64,000 bases of DNA, from NCBI GenBank assembly GCA_002269645.1, contig NIVC01000001.1:1426001-1490000 (forward strand), read 5' to 3'. The stretch comes from Macrostomum lignano (Eukaryota). This document shows positions 22,693-33,592 of the stretch, piece after piece. Made by a program: the position numbers and the translations under genes. The first letter of the stretch is position 1. Each line of letters begins with the position of its first letter. A model generated the notes under the pieces. The model ran no database searches and was not told the DNA's origin. It was given only the letters and a program-made list of their open reading frames with translations.

Positions 22693-25600
22693 ACGCCTCG
22701 ACGGCCGGCAGCAACAACCTCCTGCTCATCCCCGACGTAGCCACGGGCCGGCGCTTCTTGGTCGACACCGGCGCTGAGGTGAGCATTTTTCCTGTCTCGG
22801 GGGCAGACGCCCGCTCGCACACACCCGGCCCACCGCTTTTCGCGGCCAACGGCAGCCCGATCCGCACGTTCGGCAGCCGGACGCTGACGCTCGACCTCGG
22901 CGTCAAGGCCTGCACCTGGCCGTTCATCCTGGCCGAGGTGTCACGGCCGTTGATCGGAGCGGACTTCCTGCGGCACCACTGCCTACTGGTGGACATGCCG
23001 AACCGCCGTCTGCTCGACACTAGCTCGCTGTCCAGCGCCCACCTGCTGCTCGGGTCCGGCCCGGCACCGCAGCTCGCCGCCGCCGTCGCTGGGGACCCGT
23101 ACAGCCAGCTTCTCGTGGAGTTCCCGACGCTGACGGAGCCGAGTTTCCAGAAAGCCCGGCCGCTCCACGGGGTCCAACATCATATTCCTACGACGGGCCC
23201 CCCAGTCCACGCCCGGGCGCGCCGCCTGCCGCCTGACAAGCTGGCGGTGGCCAAGGAGGAATTCCGCAACCTGGAGCAGCTGGGCATCGTGCGGCGGTCC
23301 TGCAGCTCCTGGTCGTCGCCGCTGCACATGGTGCCAAAGGCCTCCGGGGGTTGGCGGCCCTGCAGCGATTTCCGGCGGCTCAACGACGCCACGGTGCCCG
23401 ACCGCTACCCGGTGCCGCACATTCAGGACTTTTCTGCGCGGCTGTCCGGGTGCAACATTTTCTCCAAGATCGACCTGGTGCGGGGCTACCACCAGATCCC
23501 GGTTGCCGAGGCCGACATCGCCAAGACGGCCGTCATCACGCCATTTGGCCTGTTTGAGTTTCTCCGGATGCCATTCGAACTAAAAAACGCCGCCCAGGCC
23601 TTCCAACGGCTGATTGACACGGTCTGCCAGGGCTTGGACTTCGTGTTCGCCTATATCGACGACTTCCTAGTGGCGAGCAGCGGCCCTCAGCAGCATCTGG
23701 AGCATCTGCGCACGCTGTTCCAGCGCCTGGCAGGCAACGGCCTCCTCATCAATCCAGCCAAGTGCCAGTTTGGCCGCAGCGAAATCGACTTTCTAGGCCA
23801 CCGCATCAAAAGCCGGGGCGCCATGCCGCTGCCCGACAAAGTCGAAGCCATCGCCCGATTCGCTCCGCCCGCGACCGTCAAGGGCCTGCAAGAGTTTGCC
23901 GGCATGGTGAACTTCTATCACCGGTTCGTGCCGCGGGCCGCCCAGTTGCTGCGCCCCATCTATGGCACCTTGGCCAGCAAGGACAAGATCGTTCAGTGGA
24001 CGCCGGAGCTGACGGACGCCTTCAACAGCATGAAGCAGGCCCTGGTTGACGCGACCATGCTTGCGCACCCGGAGCCCGACGCCCCAACGGCGCTGACGGT
24101 CGACGCCTCGGACACCGCCATCGGGGCGGTTCTGGAGCAGCGTGTCGGCGAGGCCTGGCGGCCACTCGCCTTCTTCAGCCGCCAACTGCGACCGGCTGAA
24201 CAAAAGTACAGCGCGTTCGACCGGGAGTTACTCGCTTTCTATCTGGCCACGCGGCACTTTCGCTACTTTTTGGAAGGCCGCATCTTTACCGCCTACACCG
24301 ACCACAAACCCCTGGTCGCGGCCATGGCCAAGTTGTCGGATCCCTGGTCAGCGCGCCAGCAGCGGCACCTCGCATACGTGTCGGAGTTCACCACCGACAT
24401 CCGGCACGTGGCGGGCAAGGACAATCTGGTGGCCGACGCCCTGTCCCGCTGCACCGTCGCCTCTGTGCAGCCGTTGCTCCCCGGCATCGACTACGCGGCC
24501 CTGGCGCGCGCGCAGCAGGCAGACGATCCCGCGCTCGCCGGCACCGGCCTACGGCTCGAGCGCGTGACGTTGCGTCCCGTCCTGGAGGTCATCTGCGACA
24601 CCGTGACCGGCCGCCCGCGCCCGCTGGTGCCCACCGACTTCCGCCGCGCCGTTTTCGACGCAGTCCACGGCCTGGCGCACCCGTCCGTACGCAGTATGCG
24701 GCGCCTAGTGTCCGAGAAGTTCGTGTGGCCGGGAATTAATAGGGACTTCGGCCAATGGGCTCGCAGCTGCATCGCCTGCCAGACGGCCAAGGTGCAGCGC
24801 CACGTGACCGCCCCGCCCGCCAGCATCCCGGTGCCCAGCAGCCGTTTCGCGCAGGTCCACATCGACCTTGTCGGACCGCTGCCGCAGTCCCGCGGCTTCA
24901 CGCACCTGCTGACCGTCGTCGACAGGTTCTCCCGCTGGCCGGGGGCTTTCCCCTTGGCCGACACTTCCGCTGCCTCCTGCGCGTCCGCCTTCATCGCCGG
25001 TTGGATCGCCCGCTTCGGCATGCCCAGTGACGTCACGTCCGACCGCGGCTCCCAGTTCACCTCCGGGCTATGGGCCAACGTGTCGCGGCTGCTGGGCATG
25101 CAGCTGCACCACACCACCGCTTTTCACCCACAGTCTAACGGCCTGGTGGAACGCTTCCATCGCTAGCTCAAGGCATCCCTGATGGCGCGCCTGACCGGAC
25201 CGACTTGGACCGACGAGCTGCCTGGGCGTTGCTGGGCATCCGCACGGCTCCCAAAGAGGACATCGGCGCCTCCTCGGCCGAGCTGGTCTACGGCGCCCCG
25301 CTGACGGTACCGGGAGAACGCCACCCGAGGGCTCTTACGACCAGTTCCTGGCCCGGCTACAGCGCGGTACAGTCGTTCCGGCCGCCTCCAACCTCGCGTC
25401 ATGGCCGCGTCGCTGCCTCTGTGCCTGCTGCCCTGGAGTCCTGCACGCACGTCTTCATCCGCCGCGACGGCCACCGACCATCTCTGCAGCGGCCGTACTT
25501 CGGGCCCTTCAAGGTCCTTGAGCGCGGAGACAAGACCTTCCACCTCGACCTGGGCACGCGGCAGGATCACGTAGCAGTAGACAGACTCAAGCCTGCGGCG

Positions 25601-25837
25601 CTCGATCCCGGCGAGGCGATTCCGGCTCCGGCTCTGCGGCCACGAGGCCGCCCCCGCCTGGACGGCCGGCCACAACTGCCACGTGGTGGAGACCCTCCGG
25701 TCGCAGCTGCGCACCCGCAAGCGCCGCCGGGGCTCCAACCGACACGCCTCCCACCGGTGCAAGCGGCCAGGCCACCAGCGTCTGGTCGCCGCCAGCTTCC
25801 ACCTCGCCGGTGCCGCCCGACGCGGTTTCGCTACTAG
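22665..25837 (+). pseudogene. gypsy pol (PR, RT, RNase H, integrase); integrase interrupted by TAG at 25164
   Basis: [47 protein letters not shown]. Slippery GGGAAAC at 22665-22671. Confidence 0.9.
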
Positions 25838-26284
25838 GCCAGCGCTGGGGGGAGCCATGTGGCGGTCACGCCACAACACGCGCGTACGCGCTCCAGCAGC
25901 CCCACAACCCCGGCCGGGGAGGCCGGCGCTATGTGCACGGTCGCTGTGCGTTGATTGGCTGCCCAGGGTACACCGCTGGCCTATTTAACTTTAGACATTT
26001 GTCTCGCGCGCCTCCACCCTGCTTTTCCAAATAAACTTTACGTGGCTCAACTCGCCACAGTAGCTAGTGCCGTTCCCTAGTGGGACAATACGCACAAATC
26101 AATTAAAATACAGACGGGTTAAAAAAATTACCAAAAAAAAATAATAAAGATAAGCACAAGAATTGGTGCACGAGACAAGGGTCGTATAAAATGGCACTTA
26201 ATCTGGTATGACTTTCAGAATTCAGTCAAAACGGCGAGGAAAATCACCTGAGATCCCACTGCTGCTAAACCACCTGAGACCTGA

Positions 26285-26670
26285 GAATGCAACACTATTG
26301 AGTCACATAATGCAGCACTATTCAGTCACAGAATGCAGCACTATTGAGTCACAGAATGTGGCACTATTGAGTCACAGAATGCGGCACTATTGAGTCACAG
26401 AATGCAGCACTATTGAGTCACAGAATGACAGAATGCGGCACTATTGAGTCACAGAATGACAGAATGCGGCACTATTGAGTCACAGAATGCGGCACTATTG
26501 AGTCACAGAATGCGGCACTATTGAGTCACAGAATGCGGCACTATTGAGTCACAGAATGCGGCACTATTGAGTCACAATGCAGCACTATTGAGTCGCAGAA
26601 TGCGGCACCATTGAGTCACAGAATGTGGCACTGTTGAGTCAGAAAATGCGGCATTATTGAGTCACATAAA
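26285..26670. repeat. 23 bp minisatellite GAGTCACAGAATGCGGCACTATT
   Basis: About 16 units, about 14 carrying TGAGTCA. Confidence 0.9.
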
Positions 26671-26758
26671 GCGGCACCTTAAATCCAAACGTTAGTTTCG
26701 CACTCAATTACATTGCGAGTATTTAGTTAGCACCAGCACGCACACAGAAGCCACTCAC

Positions 26759-27233
26759 CCTCATCCCTTGCTTGAACGGTCAGCCAGATCGCATTGGGAT
26801 TGAAGAATCGGAAATTGTTGAACTCCCTATCGAACACCTGAGTGCTGGTCAGGGCCGCCGTGTTGGCATCAATGCTAAAGTACAAGCTCTGAAAGATGTC
26901 GTTTTTAACCAGACTGTACACAACTCGACCGTTGCTACCCGTATCAGCGTCCGTAGCAACCAGGTCAACGGTTGACACTGGGCTGTCTCTGGGCAGGCCC
27001 TCCTGAAAGCTGACCGGAGAGGTCGGGCAGGCCCGGAAAACTGGCGCATTCAAATTCGCGTCGCTGATGGTGATTGACAGGTTGGCCGGGACGCTGCTGA
27101 GCTTGCCGCCAATGGCTGGACAGCCGCCAGGGCAGGTGCCGCTGTCCACAGCCATCACCGACACCGTGTAGGAGAAGACGGTCACCCCTCTCAGGTCGGA
27201 GGCCACCTTCACTTGGCCTGTGGTCGGCTCCAC
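26759..27233 (-). CDS. Gene B exon 6, cadherin repeats
   Basis: VEPTTGQV...ISDANLNAP...ATDADTGSNG...FDRE. 475 nt, phase 0/1. Confidence 0.9.
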
Positions 27234-27550
27234 CTGGTTAGAATGAACGCTTGTGATTTTTGGTCTTACTGTCTACATATAGGAGCTAAACTAGTAGTAT
27301 AAGGCCAAGAATAGTACAGAACGAGACTAGGACAATGTCTAGATAAGAGAGGAGTTCTCACTTAGCGTTGTCTTGTTCAAAAGAAACAAGCAGAACTGCG
27401 TAGTTACTTCGTACATTCTATTTCTTCAGAGTTCAAATTTCTACAGAGATTTTTGCACATAGATACATTTTATCACACTAATATAGTTTTTTGTTTTCAC
27501 TGTACTGCATAACCGTAAAATCGTTGTGCAATCAGATTGAAGACGATTAA

Positions 27551-27790
27551 TTGCTGGAAGAAGATGGAACCGGTGAATTTGAAGCAGAAGTCGATGAAGA
27601 TATCTTGGTACAGCAGCCTCGGCAGTACGCTATTGTAAGCAACAGTGACAGAGACCGTATCATCAAGGCTGCTGATCGTGGGGATGACTTTGTGGAACTG
27701 GCGCGCCAAATTGGAGTTAAGACGTCGACAGGGTACGTGATTGTAAGGCCAGGGAGAGCGGAAAAGAAGCCCAGGGTGGAGCCAAACGAT
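27551..27790 (+). pseudogene. Tc1/IS630-like transposase N-terminal HTH fragment
   Basis: RIIKAADRGDDFVELARQIGVKTSTGYVIV...KKPR resembles the HTH start of Tc1-like transposases (recognition only, no search run). Confidence 0.5.
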
Positions 27791-27929
27791 TCAAGTGGGA
27801 TGAAGAAATGCTTGGTCCCCTTGTGTGACCGAAGTGCAGAGAGAGTTTTGCGAGCGGCTTTGTTCTGACTGCAAGAATCCTGCTGCTGGTAGTGATTGAT
27901 TCGCTACGCTCTCGACTGACGAAATACAA

Positions 27930-28680
27930 TAGGGAAGCTGAACGCTGCTACCCCACCAAATACTAAAAGGAAGGAACTATGGGCTGTAAGAATTTTTGAC
28001 CAGTGGTTCGAGCAGCGACACAATCGAATTCTACATGGTGATACAACTGGCCTTCTCGTGTTGAAGGAGCGTCATGAACGCTTGCGATTGGAACTATCTA
28101 TTAAAGATGTTCATTCTCGAGGTGCAAAAAGTCGATGGCACTAACTACAATGCTACGACCCTAAGGGAAATATTTTCTATGATGCAACACTATCTGCAGT
28201 ACACGCTCAAGAAAGAACTGAATCTCTGGAAGGACGCTGCGTGCAAGGATGCAAGAATGGCATTGGATGCTGCCATGAAAGTAGTTACTAGAGAGGGCCT
28301 AGTCCCGGGGACAAATGCGTCTAGCCCAATTCCCGCAAGTCTGGAGGAGGAGTTGTGGCAGAAAGGACGTCTTGCAACAACGTCGCCGAAATTACTGCTG
28401 TTTACTACAGAGATATAGCTGTGAGATCCAGTTGCAGCATGGAGACGGTCAAGAACTTCTAGTTTACTGTGAGAACAGAGCCACGAAGACCAACAAAGCT
28501 GGCATAAAGCGACATTTTGTTCCATTGAAAACCGTTAAAGCATCTCATACTCGTACTGCTGATCATGATAGATGTCTACCCTGCATCTACAAGCTGTATG
28601 TGGACAAAAGACGGGAAAACTGTACGGTTCAGAATTTGTTCCTGGCTTGGATGCGTAGCGATGCACTCTTTGACAGCTAT
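27930..28680 (+). pseudogene. Crypton/ZMYM-type (DUF3504-like) recombinase remnant
   Basis: NTKRKELWAVRIFDQW; FILEVQKVDGTNY; DARMALDAAMK; EEELWQKG; KTNKAGIK...RCLPCIYKLY. Frameshifted and truncated before HxxR. Confidence 0.7.
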
Positions 28681-29590
28681 TGAGCGCTATATTCAGTTTG
28701 ATGTACAAGACCATGTTAAAGTATCGCATGCTCTTCAATCTGGTGGTCAGTCATCAAGTCTGTCTATTGACACCGAGACTGAACGCTCTGTTGAAGCTAT
28801 GGAACCAAGTAACGTAGTGAGTGCTAATCCTGCAAAGAAAATGAGGCTTAACATCAATGGTAACACCAACACCGTTGAAATCGTTTTTGAGTGAGTCTTA
28901 CAAGACGCTTCTATATCTTACTATTTGAACTTCCTGTTGTTGGTTTTTATACGAGTAGTTTACATTTGTTAAATTTTTTAAGTACAACTATAGCAGGACT
29001 GAGAACTATATATTTCTCAGGCCTCGTTTGGGGACTGAGAAATGGTTCTCAGTCCTCCTACAACCGATAAATTACCATAAAAGTTGTTGTTCCTCGGGAA
29101 AAGGATGAGACTGGGAAAGAGGCGAGAAATGCACTTTCTGTAGGTTAATACTCGTATAATTGAACCTAAGTGTAGCTCAGCCAGGCGATCCCAAATCTCA
29201 AGCAGCTGATCAATTTGCAACCGTACTTTCTGGCACGTCCAATTCGACATGGAAGACAGTTTACCTTTCGATCCTGGCGATTCTGAGACCCCAGATATGG
29301 AGATTTCTCCGGATCGACTGGACTTTCTGATACATCCATGAAATATAGGATTCAATTACTTTGTTTTGAGTGCTTAAATGTCTAGGTCACGAGTGCGCGA
29401 AGCAAAAAAAAGTATAACAAAAAGCTACTCGATCAAACTAAGAATGATGCATGCACAGCAGAAACTTACTGACGAAATAGAGTTCAGTAATTGATTTTCG
29501 CGCTGTTGCAAGTTGCAATTTTTTACATTAACTTCTATGGCCACATAAGTGGTTAATGAATGACCCATCTTGTGATCTTTGGGTACGAGT

Positions 29591-29769
29591 CAAGGAGTTC
29601 TATAAGTAGCAACCTGGAGTGGAAGCGAGTTACCTCATGAGGCCAGACTAGCATAGACAGTCAGACAGAGCCAAGGACATTCAGTGCTGGCTCCTTATCT
29701 TTACAATTGGCGTGGCCTCATGAGGTAAAACTCGCTTCCGCTCCAGGTTGCTAAGTATAGAACTCCTAG
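29591..29769. mobile_element. hAT-like MITE, 179 bp
   Basis: ~55 bp TIRs (CAAGGAGTTCTATA... / ...TATAGAACTCCTAG) with a perfect 8 bp TSD GTACGAGT at 29583-29590 and 29770-29777. Confidence 0.85.
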
Positions 29770-29827
29770 GTACGAGTAAATGATGTGTCACGGTCGAGAC
29801 CATGGAGGAAAGAATAGAGTGGAGTGC

Positions 29828-30073
29828 TAATCTGAGCCCGTTATTTTTATCTCGCTTGATTTCGCTTTTAACATCCCTTCCCCCCGTTCCATCCTATTGG
29901 CTGAAAGCATATTTTGATGTGAGCTCGTACTATGGTGGGACAGACCTTTCAGAGGGGAACGAAAACGAAAAAGAAATACTTTGTCTATAGCAGCCACGAG
30001 CCAATAGGAAAGAACGGGGGGAAAGGGATGTTAAAAGTTAAGATAGAGCGAGATAAAAATAACTGGCTCAGAC
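29828..30073. mobile_element. Foldback MITE-like element
   Basis: ~70 bp inverted arms TAATCTGAGCCCGTTATTTTTATCTCGC... / ...GCGAGATAAAAATAACTGGCTCAGACTA. Confidence 0.7.
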
Positions 30074-30235
30074 TATGGCCATGGGTACTACGAGTATTAC
30101 AGTGACGAATGAGACACTTTTGAAGTATGTCAAGTAGATTATTAACTACAGAGCTAAATAGTTTGAGATGAATAGCACAATGTAAGTTTAAATCAAACTT
30201 TTACTTTTTCAATTTCTCAACTAGAAAATGCTTAC

Positions 30236-30539
30236 CCGAAACAAAGCGGTCCCACTGAATGGAAAGGTGGTCACCTGGGCGCCGGCGTTATTAAAGTAAT
30301 AGCTGATATCGGAGTTATCACCATCCTGGGCCTGCAGCTGGTACACTATGCTATCAACTGGCACAGTCTTCGATATGGTGGCCTCGCCGTTGCTGATTAC
30401 CGGCGCTTCATCGTTTCTATTAGCAACGGGAATGATAACGCTGGCAGTCTGCCTGGCAACCGAGCCCAGCCCGTCAGTAACGGTGATGCCAAATTGGTAC
30501 TGGCGAGATTTCGGGTCCAGAGATTCGTAGTTCATTTTC
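30236..30539 (-). CDS. Gene B exon 5, cadherin repeat
   Basis: KMNYESLDP...VTDG...VANRNDEAP...AQDGD. 304 nt, phase 2/0. Confidence 0.9.
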
Positions 30540-31405
30540 CTGCCAGGGTGGTGGGGATTATTGGGATTTTCTAATGAGCTGCTCAAATCCAAGGTGAATT
30601 CGGCCAAAAAATGAATGTTCTCAAGAGGGCTGCGGCCATCCTGGCGCAACGCCTTCGGCGACTCGCAACCAGCACTGAGGCAATTTTGCCCATTCCACTG
30701 ACTCCTGAGCACACACAAGCGCGCCAACAGTCAACACTGTACGCAGGCACGCACTCACACACACGCTCACACAGGGTGCACAGCGGGCCTTTGACTTTCT
30801 AATCGTCAGGCTTGTACCCTCTCTGTGCCTTGGGGGTTGCCCATCATGATTTTGAAAACGCACGACAACCCCTGGCCAATTGTCGAGCACACAAACCCCA
30901 AATGAATGCGGCCGCTCACGAAATCGAACTCGAAAGTCGCGGCGCGAGAGTCGGACGGGTTCACCGCTGAGCTGCGCTCTGCCTTCGTGAATTCGGCATG
31001 GGGTTCCTCTCAAGTGATCAAGGGATCAAGAAGAAAAAGAGAGGTGGCCAGAAACACAGGAATGGAAGCAAACAGGAAGGGCGGAGAGTGAGAGAAAAGG
31101 GAGAGAAGAGTGGAATGGAGAACAAAAGAGAGAACATGGATTGGAAAAAGAGTTGAGAAGGAATATAAAGACTGATATGAATGGAGAGGAGGTTGAGAGT
31201 ATAGGTCGAAATGGAGAGAAGGAAGGGAGATTTGAAGGGATATTTGATGGGAGTAAGGAATGGAGACTTGTAGGGGGAGAAGGGTTAGGAAGATTCAAAA
31301 GGGAGACAAGAAGGATTATAAACGAGAGGGAAGGTAGGATTTATGGAGAAGTGAGAATGAACGAGAGCAGTGCGCAGACATGCCGTGAAATGGAAAAATA
31401 ATCAG

Positions 31406-31505
31406 CGGTCTCAGTGCGTGACAACGATTTATCACCTACCTACCGGCCACCTACCGGCCACCTACCGGCGCTCGCCAGACAATCGTTATCACACACTGGG
31501 ATCGC
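31406..31505. repeat. Small foldback with internal CCACCTACCGG repeats
   Basis: GCGGTCTCAGTGCGTGACAACGATT ... AATCGTTATCACACACTGGGATCGC are inverted arms. Confidence 0.6.
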
Positions 31506-31659
31506 TTATTCTTTGCATTGTTACGAGCGTTTGCTGCTTGACGAGAAACGTATTGTTCTGCATAAAAATGTGAATAATGGTAGATTATTCAGACTTCAGA
31601 ATAATCGGCCGACTCACGAGTGCAGTTTAATTTGCTTACGTTAAATCTGATTCTCCTTT

Positions 31660-32747
31660 TGTCTATGACATCACCCACTGATTATGTTTTAATGCATACG
31701 AGCCCAGGGCGAAAGCCAGGAGGCAGACGACGGAATAAAAAGTTGAATGAGCAACGAGCTCGAGATTGTGCTCAATACAGATCGTCTTTACTTTGACTAC
31801 CGACAGCGGGGGAACAAAACAATGGCGACGAGTCCGAACCTGGGGCGCATTCAACTGCAGCAACCCGAGAGGTTGGGAAGAATACGGAGAGCGTTCGAGC
31901 AGTATCTGGTTGTCAAAGGCATTAGTAAAGACGCCGACAAGACGTCCTTGGCGAGTGTGAGGTTGAGGTTACCTATGAAAATCAGGCGTGCAAACTTCCT
32001 GTTTAAGTGGTCGAAGGAGAGAAGGAAAATCTGCTTGGTCGCGACTGGTTGTCGAACATTTGACTAGACTGGAGGAAGCTATTTCCTATCTACATCACAA
32101 GACTAGTTCAGAAAATGATCTGAACTCCACTTTAGAAGAATTCGCAGAGGTATTCGATAGTAAGATCGGAAAATAAAGGATAGAAGAGCAACAATTAGGA
32201 GCGATCCCGCCAGTCATCCTAAATTTTGCCAGGCTAGACCTGCTCCATTTGAACTAAAGCCAATGATAGAGGATAAGTTGCGACGGCTGGAGAGCAAAGG
32301 TATTATACAAAAGACCACACACTCCGAGTGGGCCACACCAGTTGTCCCTGCCTTCTTGCAATTGGAACTCCTTCGAAGTCCTTCGACAACACTCACAAAG
32401 GCTTGTATCGATGCGAACGACTCCTGTATGGCATTGCGAGTGCCCCAGCTATATTTCAAATGACTATGGACAAGATCCTACAGGGACTCGACAGCACAGT
32501 TTATTATATTGATGACATTCTAGTTACTGGAAAGGATGAAGAAGATCTTTTGAAGAACTTGTGTAATGTACTCCAGCACCTTAAAGAATTTGGAGTCCGC
32601 GTCTACGAGTCCATAAGCTTTCTCGGACACCAGATAGACGAAAAGGCCAGGAGGCAGACGACGGAATAAAAAGTTGAATGAGCAACGAGCTCGAGATTGT
32701 TCCCAATACAGATCGTCTTTACTTTGACTACCAACAGCGGGTAAACA
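31660..32747 (+). mobile_element. Internally deleted Mag-type gypsy remnant
   Basis: LTR-like sequence at about 31660-31820 is partly repeated at 32645-32747. PBS ATGGCGACGAG; fragments SEWATPVVP, YGIASAPAIFQ, YIDDILV. Confidence 0.8.
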
Positions 32748-32757
32748 AGGAACTCAC

Positions 32758-32999
32758 TTAAGCACTTTGATGAGCGCATTCTGAGTAGCCGGGTCGGTCT
32801 CAACGTAGAAAAACGAGCTCTGCGCTCCGGTTAAAGAGTAGCGCAACTGCTTGTTAGGCAGAGTGTCGGCGTCGATGGCGGCCACATTGAGCACCGTGTC
32901 GTTGAAGGCCGCGTCCTCGGCTACATTGGCAGCGGGCAGGTAGTAGTCCAGGTCAAAAAATGGCCGGTTGTCGTTTACGTCTAGCAGGTTGACGATCAC
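32758..32999 (-). CDS. Gene B exon 4, cadherin repeat
   Basis: VIVNLLDVNDNRP...AIDAD...LRY. 242 nt, phase 0/2. Confidence 0.9.
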
Positions 33000-33087
33000 C
33001 TGAGGGCGTTGAGGATAGGCATGGCTGTTATCTACAGTGTTTCTTACACTAGCGCTGCATCTTCCCTTAACTAACTAAAGAGTCTAG

Positions 33088-33190
33088 AGCCTCACTTTGT
33101 CTCACCTTGAGCCTCACTTTGTCTCACATTGAGCCTCACTTTGTCTCACCTTGAGCCTCACTCTGTCTCACCTTGAGCCTCACTCTGTCT
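33088..33190. repeat. 22 bp tandem repeat GAGCCTCACTTTGTCTCACCTT, about 4.5 copies
   Basis: Read directly. Confidence 0.85.
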
Positions 33191-33223
33191 TACTCTCGAG
33201 TCCAGCAAAAATACGCAACTCAC

Positions 33224-33592
33224 CTGAGCAGTAGTACTCAGCGTGCCATTCTCCGTACAAGTGACGCTGAATCGCCACTGCTTCTCATTCTCCGGCTTGT
33301 CGTAGTCCTGCACCGAAGTCAGAGTCAGGATGCCCGTATCCCCGGCCAGAGTGAACGGCAGGCCGGCGAGGTCAGGCGAGGTCAGCCGAACCGTGGACCA
33401 GATGTTGTTGAGGCTGGCGCAGCGAATCACTCCAGCCTGCTGCCCGGGCAGGGTGGTCTCCGGAAAGCTAAGCACGACCGGATCTCCGGCTAGTTGGGGA
33501 TTCTGATAGTCCACGCTGACCACAATGGGAGCGTAGCCATAGCGATTCTGCCAGCCGATGGACGAGGTCCGGTCAGCGTTCGAGTCTTGCAC
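33224..33592 (-). CDS. Gene B exon 3, cadherin repeat
   Basis: VQDSNAD...SFPET...QDYD...VTCTENG. 369 nt, phase 0/0. Confidence 0.85.

Larger units (their letters stand above)
21779..26059 (+). mobile_element. Ty3/gypsy LTR retrotransposon, CsRn1/Kabuki-like, full length but mutated
   Basis: TG..CA LTRs at 21779-21977 and 25858-26059; 4 bp TSD GTAG; PBS TGGTGAGCCCGAC (tRNA-Trp-like); PPT before 25858; CHCC gag finger; PR-RT-RH-IN order. Confidence 0.95.

Noticed and set aside
30621-31013. GC-rich 130 aa minus-strand ORF as an extra exon or nested gene
   Set aside because: No recognisable motif in any frame, and flanking exons 32758 and 30539 already join in phase 2.
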